The notes under the pieces are model-generated. The model had not been told where the DNA came from. It worked only from the letters and a program-made list of their open reading frames with translations, and ran no database searches. This document shows, one piece after another, positions 45,793 to 56,448 of a stretch of DNA of 64,000 nt. A program made the translations under genes and the position numbers. How positions within the stretch are numbered: the stretch's first letter is position 1; each line of letters opens with the position of its first letter. Source of the DNA: a virus (lineage: Duplodnaviria > Caudoviricetes); the IMG/VR virus record IMGVR_UViG_3300021256_000076, positions 35,340-99,339 of that record, one strand, 5' to 3'.

Positions 45793-48240
45793 ATGGAAGA
45801 GGCTAAGACTACATACAAGGATTTCCTTCAGCCAAGAGATGCATGGGATGCACTATCCATGAAAGAAAAGGCTGAGATGATTGGTGTTGCTGTGAGAAAT
45901 GGCATTACCAATCTGAATGATATTAGGGATAGATACAATGAGTTTGCGGAGGGTGGAGATACCAAGCAACCTGTAACTACTGGTGGGGCTGGGTATGTAC
46001 CATCTACACCTGATATAGATATTAGACAGAGGCTTTATGATAATATTATTCCGTTTGGTTATAATAATCCTGTAGAGAGAATAGCTTCGGCTGTATTTCT
46101 CAACAAGCCTTCAGATAAACAGGAGTACGCTGGTAATAGAGATATTTTGGACGATTTGTGGGGAACTTATCTGGGCATACCAAAAGACAGAAGGCATTAT
46201 GACCCTGTACTTAGAACTTCCAAGTACAAACCTACGAACAGTAAAGACAATAACCAAAATTATGTATCCGTTCCATTTGCAAATGATGATATAGACTACA
46301 TCATAAAGGAGGCCTTATGGCAAGGAGAAAGAAGTCAGTTACTTAACCCTGAGTTAGGTACATTTACTGTAGATACTGGCAGGGATAAAAAGGGACAATA
46401 TGTATCCTACTATGACAAATGGGACTTAAATCCCTTTAGAGGCATAACTAATGTAGGCAACAAGATTACAAAGTTTCTAGGTTTAGATAAAGCAGGAGAT
46501 TTGTCTTTTGGTATAGGAAAACCTATAGAAATCTATGATAGAATTTATCTTGATGATTATTATGGTATTCCCAAAGAATATAGAGGAAGTTCCTTTTTAC
46601 CTGAGGTAGTAGTAGAAGGTAGAAGGAAAGCAGAGGGAGGTAAAATTCATATCAAACCAGAAAACAGAGGTAAGTTCACAAGATTAAAGGAAAGAACAGG
46701 CCACTCTGCCACATGGTTCAAGGAACATGGTACTCCTGCTCAGAAGAAAATGGCTACCTTTGCATTAAATGCAAGTCACTGGAAGCATGGACTTGGGGGT
46801 AATCTGTTTAGTGGGGAAGAAGAAGGTAGTCAGCAGATGAATATCTTTAGAAGACCTAGTGGTGAGTACTTCTATCAGGTATCTCCTAAAAGTGAAGAGA
46901 TAACTGTAGTGCCTAGGATAAAAGTATCAGATAATCCTGCCTACTGGACTTATGTTGATGCAAGTGGTAAGCTATACACACCAAAGCAAACTGTGACTTC
47001 CACCCAAGGAGAAGTCATTCAAACAGAGGCTCCTTCTACATGGGAAAACATTATAGCTGCTTCTAATAACAATTATATGAATCCTGTACTTGGTGCTCCT
47101 GCAAGATGGAAAGCTTCCTGGGATAATAACACCAATGCTATCAGAGCATTGTGGAATAATCCTGCTATTACGGGGCATCCATTAGGAATAGCAGCAAAAG
47201 CTGTGGAGTATCTTGCAAGTGATGAAGGGATACCTAAGACTATTAGGTTGTATCAGAACTCTGATGGCTCAGAGAACGCCAGATGGATGTGGCAAAGAAG
47301 TCTTACTGAAGACGCTTTGACATCTTTAGGATTATTTCCAGCTGCTGCTGAAGGATATCAATTGGGTAACAGGGCCATTCAGAGAGGAAGAAGGTTCATT
47401 CTGGATGTAGAAGACAGATACCAAGGAATGAAAGATGCAGCAGCTTATAGAAGCGCCAATGGTAGCATGGATGCAAGAACAATTGCCAATACTAAATGGC
47501 AGGAGAATGGGGGCACATCTGCTGGAATTAATAAGATGGGGGTCAATAGTAAGGGAGATTTCGGTTTATTCTACCCTGATGATTTTATGAAAGGGTATTA
47601 CCCGTCTACAGCAGTAGAAAAAGGTGGAGAGATGACCTTAACTACTCATCTTGGAGGGGACTTTCCAGGTGAGTATTCTAAAGATCTCCTTCCAATGAGT
47701 AAATCCGAAATGGTAGCTTTAACAAAGTACTTAAAAGGGATACCTGAGCGAACATATCTTGGAGAGGTAGGAAAAACTAAGAATTACGCAGAACAGTATT
47801 TTAATGTTAAGCCAAGTAGAATGAGGGCCTTCAAAGATGCTATTCATAACAGAAAAGAAGTAAACGAACCATATTGGGATGAAAAAGGGCACATTGATGA
47901 TTATATGGAAGAAGAAGACCCAATAGAAAGGTCTTTCTATAAGCATCTATATGAAGCCAATGAGCCCCTCTCAACAGATGCCTATAAATTCATGCTGCAA
48001 GAAGCTGCGAAAGATAATGGAAGGTTTGCTTTAAGATATGATTCTTCTCCAATGGGATTATTCAACCCGCAGGGATTCTATGAAAATGCTTTCTATGAGT
48101 CACTCTTGCCTTTATCGTCTGAAGAGCAAGTTAATGCAATTAATAGGTGGATGAGAAGTTACTATCCTAAAGCTCGTCCAGCCTACTTGAAAGATGGAGA
48201 GGTTATGATTCCGCGTCCATTTTTAATGAAAAGTAAATAA
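45793..48240 (+). CDS. modular putative virion cargo protein with AxGG-delimited domains
   Basis: Likely ATG at 45793; FAEGG, KAEGG and HGLGG motifs; IHIKPENRGKFT...KMATFALNA module. Confidence 0.7.
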   Translation: MEEAKTTYKDFLQPRDAWDALSMKEKAEMIGVAVRNGITNLNDIRDRYNEFAEGGDTKQPVTTGGAGYVPSTPDIDIRQRLYDNIIPFGYNNPVERIASAVFLNKPSDKQEYAGNRDILDDLWGTYLGIPKDRRHYDPVLRTSKYKPTNSKDNNQNYVSVPFANDDIDYIIKEALWQGERSQLLNPELGTFTVDTGRDKKGQYVSYYDKWDLNPFRGITNVGNKITKFLGLDKAGDLSFGIGKPIEIYDRIYLDDYYGIPKEYRGSSFLPEVVVEGRRKAEGGKIHIKPENRGKFTRLKERTGHSATWFKEHGTPAQKKMATFALNASHWKHGLGGNLFSGEEEGSQQMNIFRRPSGEYFYQVSPKSEEITVVPRIKVSDNPAYWTYVDASGKLYTPKQTVTSTQGEVIQTEAPSTWENIIAASNNNYMNPVLGAPARWKASWDNNTNAIRALWNNPAITGHPLGIAAKAVEYLASDEGIPKTIRLYQNSDGSENARWMWQRSLTEDALTSLGLFPAAAEGYQLGNRAIQRGRRFILDVEDRYQGMKDAAAYRSANGSMDARTIANTKWQENGGTSAGINKMGVNSKGDFGLFYPDDFMKGYYPSTAVEKGGEMTLTTHLGGDFPGEYSKDLLPMSKSEMVALTKYLKGIPERTYLGEVGKTKNYAEQYFNVKPSRMRAFKDAIHNRKEVNEPYWDEKGHIDDYMEEEDPIERSFYKHLYEANEPLSTDAYKFMLQEAAKDNGRFALRYDSSPMGLFNPQGFYENAFYESLLPLSSEEQVNAINRWMRSYYPKARPAYLKDGEVMIPRPFLMKSK

Positions 48241-48261
48241 TAAAGTAAACAAGAAGATACT

Positions 48262-48543
48262 ATGTCAGGAATTATATATTGGAAACCAGAAGATAAGTGT
48301 GGTTATGTGTTTAAGGAGAAAAAGGGAAGGAACAAAAAAAGGATCTTAACACCAGAACCATACTCTAAACTTACTTCTTCTGGGGAAGTTGTTATTCTTA
48401 CTGATGAAGAAAGCATAGCTTGGGTAAAAGCTTATTATCAAGCTATCGAAGAATTAGGTAGAAATTGGCGTGATGAAAGTGAAGAAGTTTATTATAAAGT
48501 TGAAGAAATTTTAAAAAGAACTGGCAGTTGTAGATTTCTTTAA
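48262..48543 (+). CDS. small hypothetical protein
   Basis: 93-aa AT-rich ORF immediately after the modular protein. Confidence 0.65.
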   Translation: MSGIIYWKPEDKCGYVFKEKKGRNKKRILTPEPYSKLTSSGEVVILTDEESIAWVKAYYQAIEELGRNWRDESEEVYYKVEEILKRTGSCRFL

Positions 48544-48605
48544 CAACCAAGGGTTACCTCTCAATAAGGATAGGTTATTGATTAATAAGGTAAGGTTATT
48601 AAAAT

Positions 48606-48638
48606 AAGAAAGGTGGCCGAAACCACCTTTTCTTTTTT
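48606..48638. terminator. bidirectional intrinsic terminator between convergent operons
   Basis: AAGAAAGGTGG-CCGAAA-CCACCTTTTCTTTTTT. Confidence 0.85.
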
Positions 48639-51600
48639 ACATTGTACTTGAGCATTTTAATATCTGTCTTAGTATATCTACTTCACTTGGAGTGCTCAAC
48701 AAATCCCCATAATAATCTGCGTCCATATCTTCTCCGTAAGTTACAATCAATCTCTCTTTTTGTGCAAGAGTTAAATTATTCCAAGAAGGCAGCAATGGAG
48801 TTGTACCATTTGGAATAATAGGAGGAGCTGTAGGACCTGCATTTTGAGTGCTCTGAGCATAATCATCAATATAAGCAGCCGGTGATATAATAGCAGACCT
48901 TTTTGGTTTAGGTGTTTCTACACTGGCACTTTGGGGAGCTGCTGTAGGACTATTACTATCTCCAGTCTGAGTCACAATAGTACTGGCTATATCCTGATCT
49001 TCGCTGCTTAAGTTGTCCCAATTAATGTTGAATGGAGTATAGCCAGGCTTATATTGATCCTCCCAGGCAGTCCTTCTCATGCCAACAGCATTATCGCCAT
49101 TGCTCTCTTTAGGATTCTTAGGCATTTCCATTGTAAAGTCTTGAGGTTCTGATTGCCTTCTGTACTGCATCTGGAGCTGTCCCTTTTTCTCGCCTTCTTT
49201 AATTTCAGAGTATTTAGGACCACTTGGGTCAAGGTGTTCACTACTCTTACCCATAGGTTTAGGATAATTAATATTTATAGGAATAATCCTTAACCTGTTA
49301 GATATGATACTGAACCCTGGATAACTTTGTTTTAAGAGGTCTGCATACATACTTATCTGTCTTGACCACTTTCCTTTTTCCTTCTTAAGCTTCTCCTCTG
49401 TGTGATCGCGGGTAGTCTTCATATCAAAGATATAGAAGTTACCAGCATCATCATAGCCAAATAAATCAAGTGTTCCTGCAACTTTGACATCATGTGTATT
49501 ACCTTCATCATCTGTCATGGTAATAGTTCCATGAGCCATTATACCCTCAGAAACCAGATGTATTCCCTGTGCATCACAATCAGCTTTGAACAATTCCAAC
49601 TGATGTACAAAGGTTTCTTGCACTTCCTTAGAGACATTTGGGTATGCATCATCTAGATGCCCTGCCAAGAAGTCACGGGTGATAATATCAAAAGTATTAC
49701 CGATTGATGTAGATGGAGTACTCCATGCTCCATAACCTTCCTTCTTATGTATTGTCCTTAATTCTGCTACAGCCCTCTTTATATCTGATACTGGAATGCC
49801 AAGTTTTTGGCTCATGTCCTGAGTGTCTCTATATTGAACATTATAAGCACTGTCACCTATTGCATGCCTCTCCTTTAGTTTATCTAGTATATTATCTATT
49901 GAAGGTTCCCATTGTGTAGCACTCTCATCAGCACCTATCACTGTGGTTACACGGAGATACTTGATTTCTTCGCCAGTATTTTTATCAATTATATAGTAAT
50001 AGCTGTCATCCTTTGATAAAGTAAATTCCTTAGAGTCTGAAATAATCTTCTGAGTGATAGCCTCTGCCTGTCTTAGTTTTGCACTTTTCTGAGGAGCAGG
50101 AGAATGTGTGGGGGAGTTATTACTGCTTCCTCCAAGACTGGCACCACTGTCAGGGTCTACAGATTGGCCACTATTAGTCACTATTGCACCATCCCCTTGG
50201 GGTGTCACATTTTGTGGGGCTGCTGGCTGAGCATTGACAGGATTGACTATCTGGTCAGAAGGATATAGTATTTTTCCTCCCATACTTATTGGGGCCCTTA
50301 ACTTCACTCCATCAACATCATATGATAGAGATGACCCAGCAAATGTCAGGAAACCATCATCCAGTATAGAAGCTATATTCTGTCTTGCCTTTGTATTCTT
50401 GGGGTTATTGGCATTCTGCACATCAGATTCAGGAAGCTGCCAGTTCAAGAAATCTCTTACCTGGCCAGTCTCCTTATCCCACATAATATTTCTCAATAGC
50501 TCTAAGGCTGCATCAGTATCTCTTTGTCCTGCATTGATTGTGCCAAGCTCAATGGGAGCTATTGAAGAATCCTGGTTAACAAAGAATACTTTATATTTTG
50601 CATTTCCTATCACTTGCAAAGACTCTGGCGCAGTAACTTTTAAACTCCAACCTTGGCCTTTTTTTATCCAGATGAAATCTCTAAGTCCTCTCATGCCCTT
50701 AGAATCATCTGTACCATCATACCCATTTAATAGTTTAGTTAGTCTATCTGCTTCTTTTTCAAAAGCGTTCTTACCTTCAAGAGCTGCTTCATCTACTTCT
50801 TCCTGTGTAATTGTATGCGCACTTCTATCATAGTCTTCACCTTTATTGGTTGTAGGTGTTCGTTGAATAAACTGGAACACAGGCCTGATGACCTCATCGT
50901 ATAATCTCTGAGTTCTGCTGTTAAAGTTTCTTACTTCTTCTCCAGTGCCATTTTCCAATACAGCAGTAAGATTTCTGTCATCAGTTCTACCTGTAGTTTC
51001 AGACATAGGCTTAACAAATAGCAGCATGGGATTACCTGTTTCTCCTTGTCTATGATTGTCCGATGTATACTCAGCCATCCCCTTGTCTGCATTCCAAGAG
51101 ATTGCATTAAGAACTTTATTTCTAGCTTCCATATACTCAGGGTCTGAAAGCATCTCCTCTCTTGATAGAGCTTTCAGTCTGTCTTCTGAATCCCTTGGAA
51201 GATCTCTTAAAATTCCTTCAATGACATCAGTGTTGCTTTCTGCTGTGTTCTGCCTATTGCTTTGTCCAGAAGCATCTGGATGGTGCGCAGTCAGATAGTT
51301 GGCACCATATACTCTTGTAGTCAGAGGCTTTCCATTAGCCATTCCATCTTCAGTTATAAGATGCCTTCCTTGTTCCTGTGAAGCTAGTTTTCTAATGTCA
51401 AACACCCTTGCAGCTCCCTGTGTCTTTGCCTTTGAGCCAGGCATAATACCAATAGGCTGATACCATAAACCATCTACTTCAATAGCTGTAGTACTGGCAG
51501 GATTGGCAGGAGTCTCCGCTCTTACTGCTGCTACTATAGGTAAGTCATTCAGTCTGTCATATTTCCTTGCATTCGGATTAATGCTTAGTATCTCTGGTGT

Positions 51601-54600
51601 AGGAGACATCTGTCTGGTTACCTCAGCAGTCCATTCGGAGTCAGTTATAAAATATACAGGAGTTTCCTCTGTAATATTATTGTTCCTGTTCCATTCATCA
51701 ATGGCATGGTCATCAGTAAACTGGACAGCCCATGCTTCAGGGTTTATTTCATTCTGAATATACGCTATATTCGCTGTATGAATCCAATTGGCTTTAGGCT
51801 CTTCAGGTCTTGATGCAGGCATAGGAGCTGTCCTTCTCCTACTCCTCATTTTTTTGGTAGTAAGAGAACCATAGACTTTCTGAAGCAATCCTGCTGCTTT
51901 CTGATAGTCATTGTCTTGCTTTTCTTGCTGATTAGATACTTCCTGCAATCTTGTTATTTGTTTCTGAATAGCTGTTAGCACATCATCTATAGTATCCAGC
52001 ATTTCATCACTAACAACGGGAATTTCCGCCATATATTGTCTTGCAATGCCTGTAACTTCAGCAGATTCATTGCTGTTGTCAATAATATTACTTGATGCAT
52101 CTACCATTGCAGCTATCTCTGGAGTAGTGGCCTGCTCCCACATCTGCTGTCTAACAGACTTATTTTCAGGTTCAGGCTGCTGCTGTCTTTGTTGCATCGC
52201 TTTTGTCTGAGCACCTGTAGAAACAGTACCATTGTTATCAATAGTATTTTTTTCTATGTCTTGGTGATTTTTAGATGCTTCTCCTAATGCAAATATAGAT
52301 GCGGTTCCTACAGAGACAGATGCCTGTTGCTGTGCAGCTTCAGGCTGTACGGGAGGAGCAGAGGGAGATGGAGAAGGTACTACAGTAGGCTGTACAGGTT
52401 GTCCTGGATCAGGTGTAGCTTGTGTAATGGTAGGATTAGCATTTCCCCTATTGATGGCATCTTCTGTTGTACCATTTATCAAATCCACATACTGACCTAC
52501 AATCTGCCCAATACTTGTAAACTGAGGCATGAAAGTTCTCTGCTGTGGTAATCTCTGGTCATTCTTTGCTTCTACAAACTGACGGAACTTACCTCCTACA
52601 TTCCCTTGTTCATCCTTTTCAATTAATGCTTGGACGGCTGCATCCCTATCATTAAGATCAATGCCTTTACTTGATAGATACTGCATGGCATCTAACAGCA
52701 AGCTTTGGTCATTGCCAGTAAGATTTGGATTCTTGGCAAATTGTCTTACCAAATCACCTTGCTTTCTGACATTTTCCATATACCTATCATAATTGGTTTT
52801 TGGAGTTTCAGTGGGAGCTGTCAGCTCCTCTGTTTCCTCATCTACGACCATATTATCCTCTTGGTATGTTCTCTTTTGCTTGGCATCCTCATTTCTTAGA
52901 GCAGTGAAGATATCGTTTATCTCCTGCTGTGATGCATTAGCAGTTAGTCTATCCAATTCCTGAGCATACTCCTGATAGTTCAGGATACCAGCAATTCTCT
53001 CAGCCCTACGTTTGGTAAGGTCTTTTTGGGCATTATACTTAGCTCTTTGGACATAGTTCTGGAATGCCTTTGAATCTGACAGTATTGCCTGATACTGTTG
53101 GTGGTAATCCTTGATGCCTTTCTCCAGTCTTCCCATATCAACTACCTTATCCAAAAAGTCTGCATCCTGAGCCATACCTTGCTGTACCAAGTTATCAATA
53201 ACTTCCTGCTGTGAAGAGTTATAGATAGACTTGGTATTCTGCTTGCCCTGTTCAGCATCAAGCTCCCTCATCTTAGCTTCTTTTTGCTTTTGAAGCTCTT
53301 CTACTTTCTTGGTATTTCTTGCATATTGCTTGTTATGCCCTTTCTTAACCTTGCCATCAGTTCTAAGCCAACCAGCCTTTTGAGCCTCTAAAGCATCTAT
53401 CTGATGATTAATATCATCTATCTCAAGATTTAGCTGGTCCACTCTTTGCCTGTTCTGATGAGTAGCATTATAAAGTTTGGAAGCACCCTGAGCCAGTACT
53501 ATTGCTCTGGTAACAGGATCTAAATCCATAATAGCTTGTTCATTAAGCACAAGCTGAGTTAGAGAAGAATCTATTTGGTCAGTCTTCTTGCCTTTCTCAT
53601 CTCTTTCATACAGAGCATCAAATCCTTCCAATTTCTTATTGACTTTCTTGAGCTCTTGCTTACTCTTAATCAGCTCCTCCTTTTGCTTGTCAGATGTCTT
53701 ACTTGAATCAATTGCTTCCAGTTCTTCCACCCTCTGCTGAAGTTTTTCCATTTTAGATTGCAGCTGAGACTGTTCATGGAGTGCTTGATTAATAGAGCCA
53801 TACCTCATCATCAAGTTGGCCAGATTATCCTCTAAACCATTGGCCAGATTACTACTTCTTGAGTTCTGGATTCTGCTCTTGATAGTATCTATCTCTTCCT
53901 GAAGCTGGTCTTTTCTTTCCCTAAAGTCTTGCTCCATGACCTTACCAAATATAAGACTCTGCTTGGTGTCTTCATCCATCCTGCCCATTAGCCTGTCAAG
54001 GTTCTTGCTTTCCTGTTCCACCTGAGACATCAAACCCAACATTCTATTGGCATTACTTTGAACCTTTTCTACCAGCTCCTGATCTGATATATCCTGATAG
54101 TCCTCTCCTCCACTCTGACGCATCTTGGTAACCTCTTCCTGTGATACCTCACCATTAGCGGCTTTCTGCAGGTCTGCCATTACAGCATCATGGAAGTCAG
54201 TACCCTCCAGCTTCTTCAGCATGAAGATATCATTGATAGCCTTACCCATTTGAGCCTTCCTATAGCTGAACTGGTCATTGCTTTCAGCAGCATTCTCCAT
54301 CTGAGTCATCCAGTTAGCTGTACCACTCAGGCCATCCCATTTTGCCTTATTCTGAGGATCTTTCAGCCATTCTGTCAGTGTAGCAGTAGTCTCATTGGCA
54401 TCATCCATCTCCTGCCTTCTATCAAAGTATGCATTAATGGCACCACTTCTCCAAGGAGTTACTCTTCTTGCATAGTCAAACCATCCTTCTTGATTGCCTT
54501 TTGAGTCAAGTCCTCTTGTGAGATTCCTTGGATCAATCAGAGAGTTTCTTACAAGGTTTCCATTCTCATCCCTATGGTAACCTCTTCCTATACCTCCAAC

Positions 54601-56445
54601 AGTACCCATTGTAGAAGATACTGCTCCAAGAATTGCACTTTGAATACTTTCCTTATTAGTCAATGAACCTTCTAACGCAGTAAGTGCAGCTGCATAGTCG
54701 GAGCCAAAGCTGTCTGTCACTTTAGCTGTGCCATCTCCTTCAAATTTATTTTTAATGAATTCATTTATGTTGTTTTCCGCAGCACCAGAGAATACATCAC
54801 TAGACAGACTCTGCATGTACTCCTCACCCATTTCACCTCCAGGTTCTTTCAGCAATCTGCCTACAGCCCCGGCTTTACTCATTTTAGCTGTTACTTCCCC
54901 TGTCTCAGAATTGATTCTAAACTTAGGATTCTTATAAGCCCATCCAAACATCTTTGAATTTCTCAAAGTCTCTTGTACTCTGGGTGCCATTATACCTGCT
55001 TTCAAGGTTTGATTGATTGCACCATTGATAAGAGAGTTGGCATAAAAATTGTGTATACCAGCTTTACTTGAAGCCCAGTCAATCTGTCTTCTTGCATCTA
55101 CATATTCGTCTTTGTATTTATCCCACACTTGTTGGTATACAGCGTTTGGATCCAAAGATCTTCTATACTCCTTCTCCCCATTGTCTGTAGGCACTTCTAC
55201 CATAGGGTTAAGTCTATCGTCCTGAAGTATTGCTTCTACTTCTTTATTTACTTTATCTTTATAGTATTCATCAAGATTCTGAACAGCCTCCCTTTCTACT
55301 TCTATCTTTGTAGACAACCCTTCAAGTCCTCCTTCCATAGTTCCTACAGCGGCAGGTATAATGAAAGTATCCGTAAAGTTCTGGGCTTTCTTTATCCCAC
55401 TTAAAGCCCTTTCAAGACCTTCAGCAGTCTTCAATGCCTTTCCTGTGGAGTTCAGCCAATTTGCCCCTTTAGCTGCTGTATTGAAAAGCCATCCTGCAGC
55501 TTTAGCCTCTCCAGCACCAACAAGCATACTGAGAGCTGTGAATCCTCCAGATTGCAGTGCCTGCCAAGGAGTAGCAGAAGATACAAAAGAATCATCTTGA
55601 TCCTGTGTAGTTACAATAGCATCAGCACCAATACCTTCAGGATTATATCTTGTTGCAGATGCCTTCATTGAAGCTATTCTTTCTGCTGCAGTCTCATCAT
55701 TTAGGCCTACTGCATTTGCAAATCCTTGTATTACATTACTTGCACCTGCTAATTCAACATCCCTACCATATCTTGTAACAGGATTGTCAATAACATCATT
55801 CATAAAGCTGTCCCACCAGTTAAGGTCTGGATTATTATTATAACCTTCTGAACCAATGATATGATTAATTGCTCCATGTACCATACCATAAGCTTGAATA
55901 GCACCTCCTTCTATAGCAGGTACAAGGTGACTTATTGCATTGATACCTTGCTCCCACCAAGACTGATTGTTTCCTACAATATCCTTAAACTGGCTGTCCA
56001 GCCATACATTGGCATTGTCTTCCCCATAAACTTTTTTTCTGGCATCATAGGCAGCTGCCATCTGTTTCTTCTGGTCATCAGATAGAGGTAGCTTGTCTGT
56101 GCCGTTGAACTTCTTGTAATATGAACTGACCTCATTGCCTACCTTATCAAGATATTCATTGGCATTACTATTTGTAGATTCCCTATCTACACCATACTCT
56201 TCTCTTTTTTCATTCAAGAGCTGCTGGTATCTCTCATCAAGCTCATCCAAATACCTATTATGTAATTGATTAATAAGAGCTTTATTACCATAAGTAGGCA
56301 TACTTGTGGTATCTGTATTTACTGTATCAGGGATTTCTTGCACAGGAGCAGTATTTCCCGTCAGGCTGTCTATTGCCTGCTTGTCTTCCAATGATCTGTC
56401 ATTTGCAGTAAGTCCCTGCAAAGGTTTACTTCCTAGTACTGGCAT
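48637..56445 (-). CDS. giant virion cargo/ejection protein with C-terminal PD-(D/E)XK nuclease domain
   Basis: 2602 aa; EPGGEMGEEYMQ and long coiled coils; RVTTVIG, GNTFD, VAGTLDL..YIFDMKT and QISMY motifs near the C-terminus. Confidence 0.75.
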   Translation of the reverse strand: MPVLGSKPLQGLTANDRSLEDKQAIDSLTGNTAPVQEIPDTVNTDTTSMPTYGNKALINQLHNRYLDELDERYQQLLNEKREEYGVDRESTNSNANEYLDKVGNEVSSYYKKFNGTDKLPLSDDQKKQMAAAYDARKKVYGEDNANVWLDSQFKDIVGNNQSWWEQGINAISHLVPAIEGGAIQAYGMVHGAINHIIGSEGYNNNPDLNWWDSFMNDVIDNPVTRYGRDVELAGASNVIQGFANAVGLNDETAAERIASMKASATRYNPEGIGADAIVTTQDQDDSFVSSATPWQALQSGGFTALSMLVGAGEAKAAGWLFNTAAKGANWLNSTGKALKTAEGLERALSGIKKAQNFTDTFIIPAAVGTMEGGLEGLSTKIEVEREAVQNLDEYYKDKVNKEVEAILQDDRLNPMVEVPTDNGEKEYRRSLDPNAVYQQVWDKYKDEYVDARRQIDWASSKAGIHNFYANSLINGAINQTLKAGIMAPRVQETLRNSKMFGWAYKNPKFRINSETGEVTAKMSKAGAVGRLLKEPGGEMGEEYMQSLSSDVFSGAAENNINEFIKNKFEGDGTAKVTDSFGSDYAAALTALEGSLTNKESIQSAILGAVSSTMGTVGGIGRGYHRDENGNLVRNSLIDPRNLTRGLDSKGNQEGWFDYARRVTPWRSGAINAYFDRRQEMDDANETTATLTEWLKDPQNKAKWDGLSGTANWMTQMENAAESNDQFSYRKAQMGKAINDIFMLKKLEGTDFHDAVMADLQKAANGEVSQEEVTKMRQSGGEDYQDISDQELVEKVQSNANRMLGLMSQVEQESKNLDRLMGRMDEDTKQSLIFGKVMEQDFRERKDQLQEEIDTIKSRIQNSRSSNLANGLEDNLANLMMRYGSINQALHEQSQLQSKMEKLQQRVEELEAIDSSKTSDKQKEELIKSKQELKKVNKKLEGFDALYERDEKGKKTDQIDSSLTQLVLNEQAIMDLDPVTRAIVLAQGASKLYNATHQNRQRVDQLNLEIDDINHQIDALEAQKAGWLRTDGKVKKGHNKQYARNTKKVEELQKQKEAKMRELDAEQGKQNTKSIYNSSQQEVIDNLVQQGMAQDADFLDKVVDMGRLEKGIKDYHQQYQAILSDSKAFQNYVQRAKYNAQKDLTKRRAERIAGILNYQEYAQELDRLTANASQQEINDIFTALRNEDAKQKRTYQEDNMVVDEETEELTAPTETPKTNYDRYMENVRKQGDLVRQFAKNPNLTGNDQSLLLDAMQYLSSKGIDLNDRDAAVQALIEKDEQGNVGGKFRQFVEAKNDQRLPQQRTFMPQFTSIGQIVGQYVDLINGTTEDAINRGNANPTITQATPDPGQPVQPTVVPSPSPSAPPVQPEAAQQQASVSVGTASIFALGEASKNHQDIEKNTIDNNGTVSTGAQTKAMQQRQQQPEPENKSVRQQMWEQATTPEIAAMVDASSNIIDNSNESAEVTGIARQYMAEIPVVSDEMLDTIDDVLTAIQKQITRLQEVSNQQEKQDNDYQKAAGLLQKVYGSLTTKKMRSRRRTAPMPASRPEEPKANWIHTANIAYIQNEINPEAWAVQFTDDHAIDEWNRNNNITEETPVYFITDSEWTAEVTRQMSPTPEILSINPNARKYDRLNDLPIVAAVRAETPANPASTTAIEVDGLWYQPIGIMPGSKAKTQGAARVFDIRKLASQEQGRHLITEDGMANGKPLTTRVYGANYLTAHHPDASGQSNRQNTAESNTDVIEGILRDLPRDSEDRLKALSREEMLSDPEYMEARNKVLNAISWNADKGMAEYTSDNHRQGETGNPMLLFVKPMSETTGRTDDRNLTAVLENGTGEEVRNFNSRTQRLYDEVIRPVFQFIQRTPTTNKGEDYDRSAHTITQEEVDEAALEGKNAFEKEADRLTKLLNGYDGTDDSKGMRGLRDFIWIKKGQGWSLKVTAPESLQVIGNAKYKVFFVNQDSSIAPIELGTINAGQRDTDAALELLRNIMWDKETGQVRDFLNWQLPESDVQNANNPKNTKARQNIASILDDGFLTFAGSSLSYDVDGVKLRAPISMGGKILYPSDQIVNPVNAQPAAPQNVTPQGDGAIVTNSGQSVDPDSGASLGGSSNNSPTHSPAPQKSAKLRQAEAITQKIISDSKEFTLSKDDSYYYIIDKNTGEEIKYLRVTTVIGADESATQWEPSIDNILDKLKERHAIGDSAYNVQYRDTQDMSQKLGIPVSDIKRAVAELRTIHKKEGYGAWSTPSTSIGNTFDIITRDFLAGHLDDAYPNVSKEVQETFVHQLELFKADCDAQGIHLVSEGIMAHGTITMTDDEGNTHDVKVAGTLDLFGYDDAGNFYIFDMKTTRDHTEEKLKKEKGKWSRQISMYADLLKQSYPGFSIISNRLRIIPININYPKPMGKSSEHLDPSGPKYSEIKEGEKKGQLQMQYRRQSEPQDFTMEMPKNPKESNGDNAVGMRRTAWEDQYKPGYTPFNINWDNLSSEDQDIASTIVTQTGDSNSPTAAPQSASVETPKPKRSAIISPAAYIDDYAQSTQNAGPTAPPIIPNGTTPLLPSWNNLTLAQKERLIVTYGEDMDADYYGDLLSTPSEVDILRQILKCSSTM

Positions 56446-56448
56446 ATC

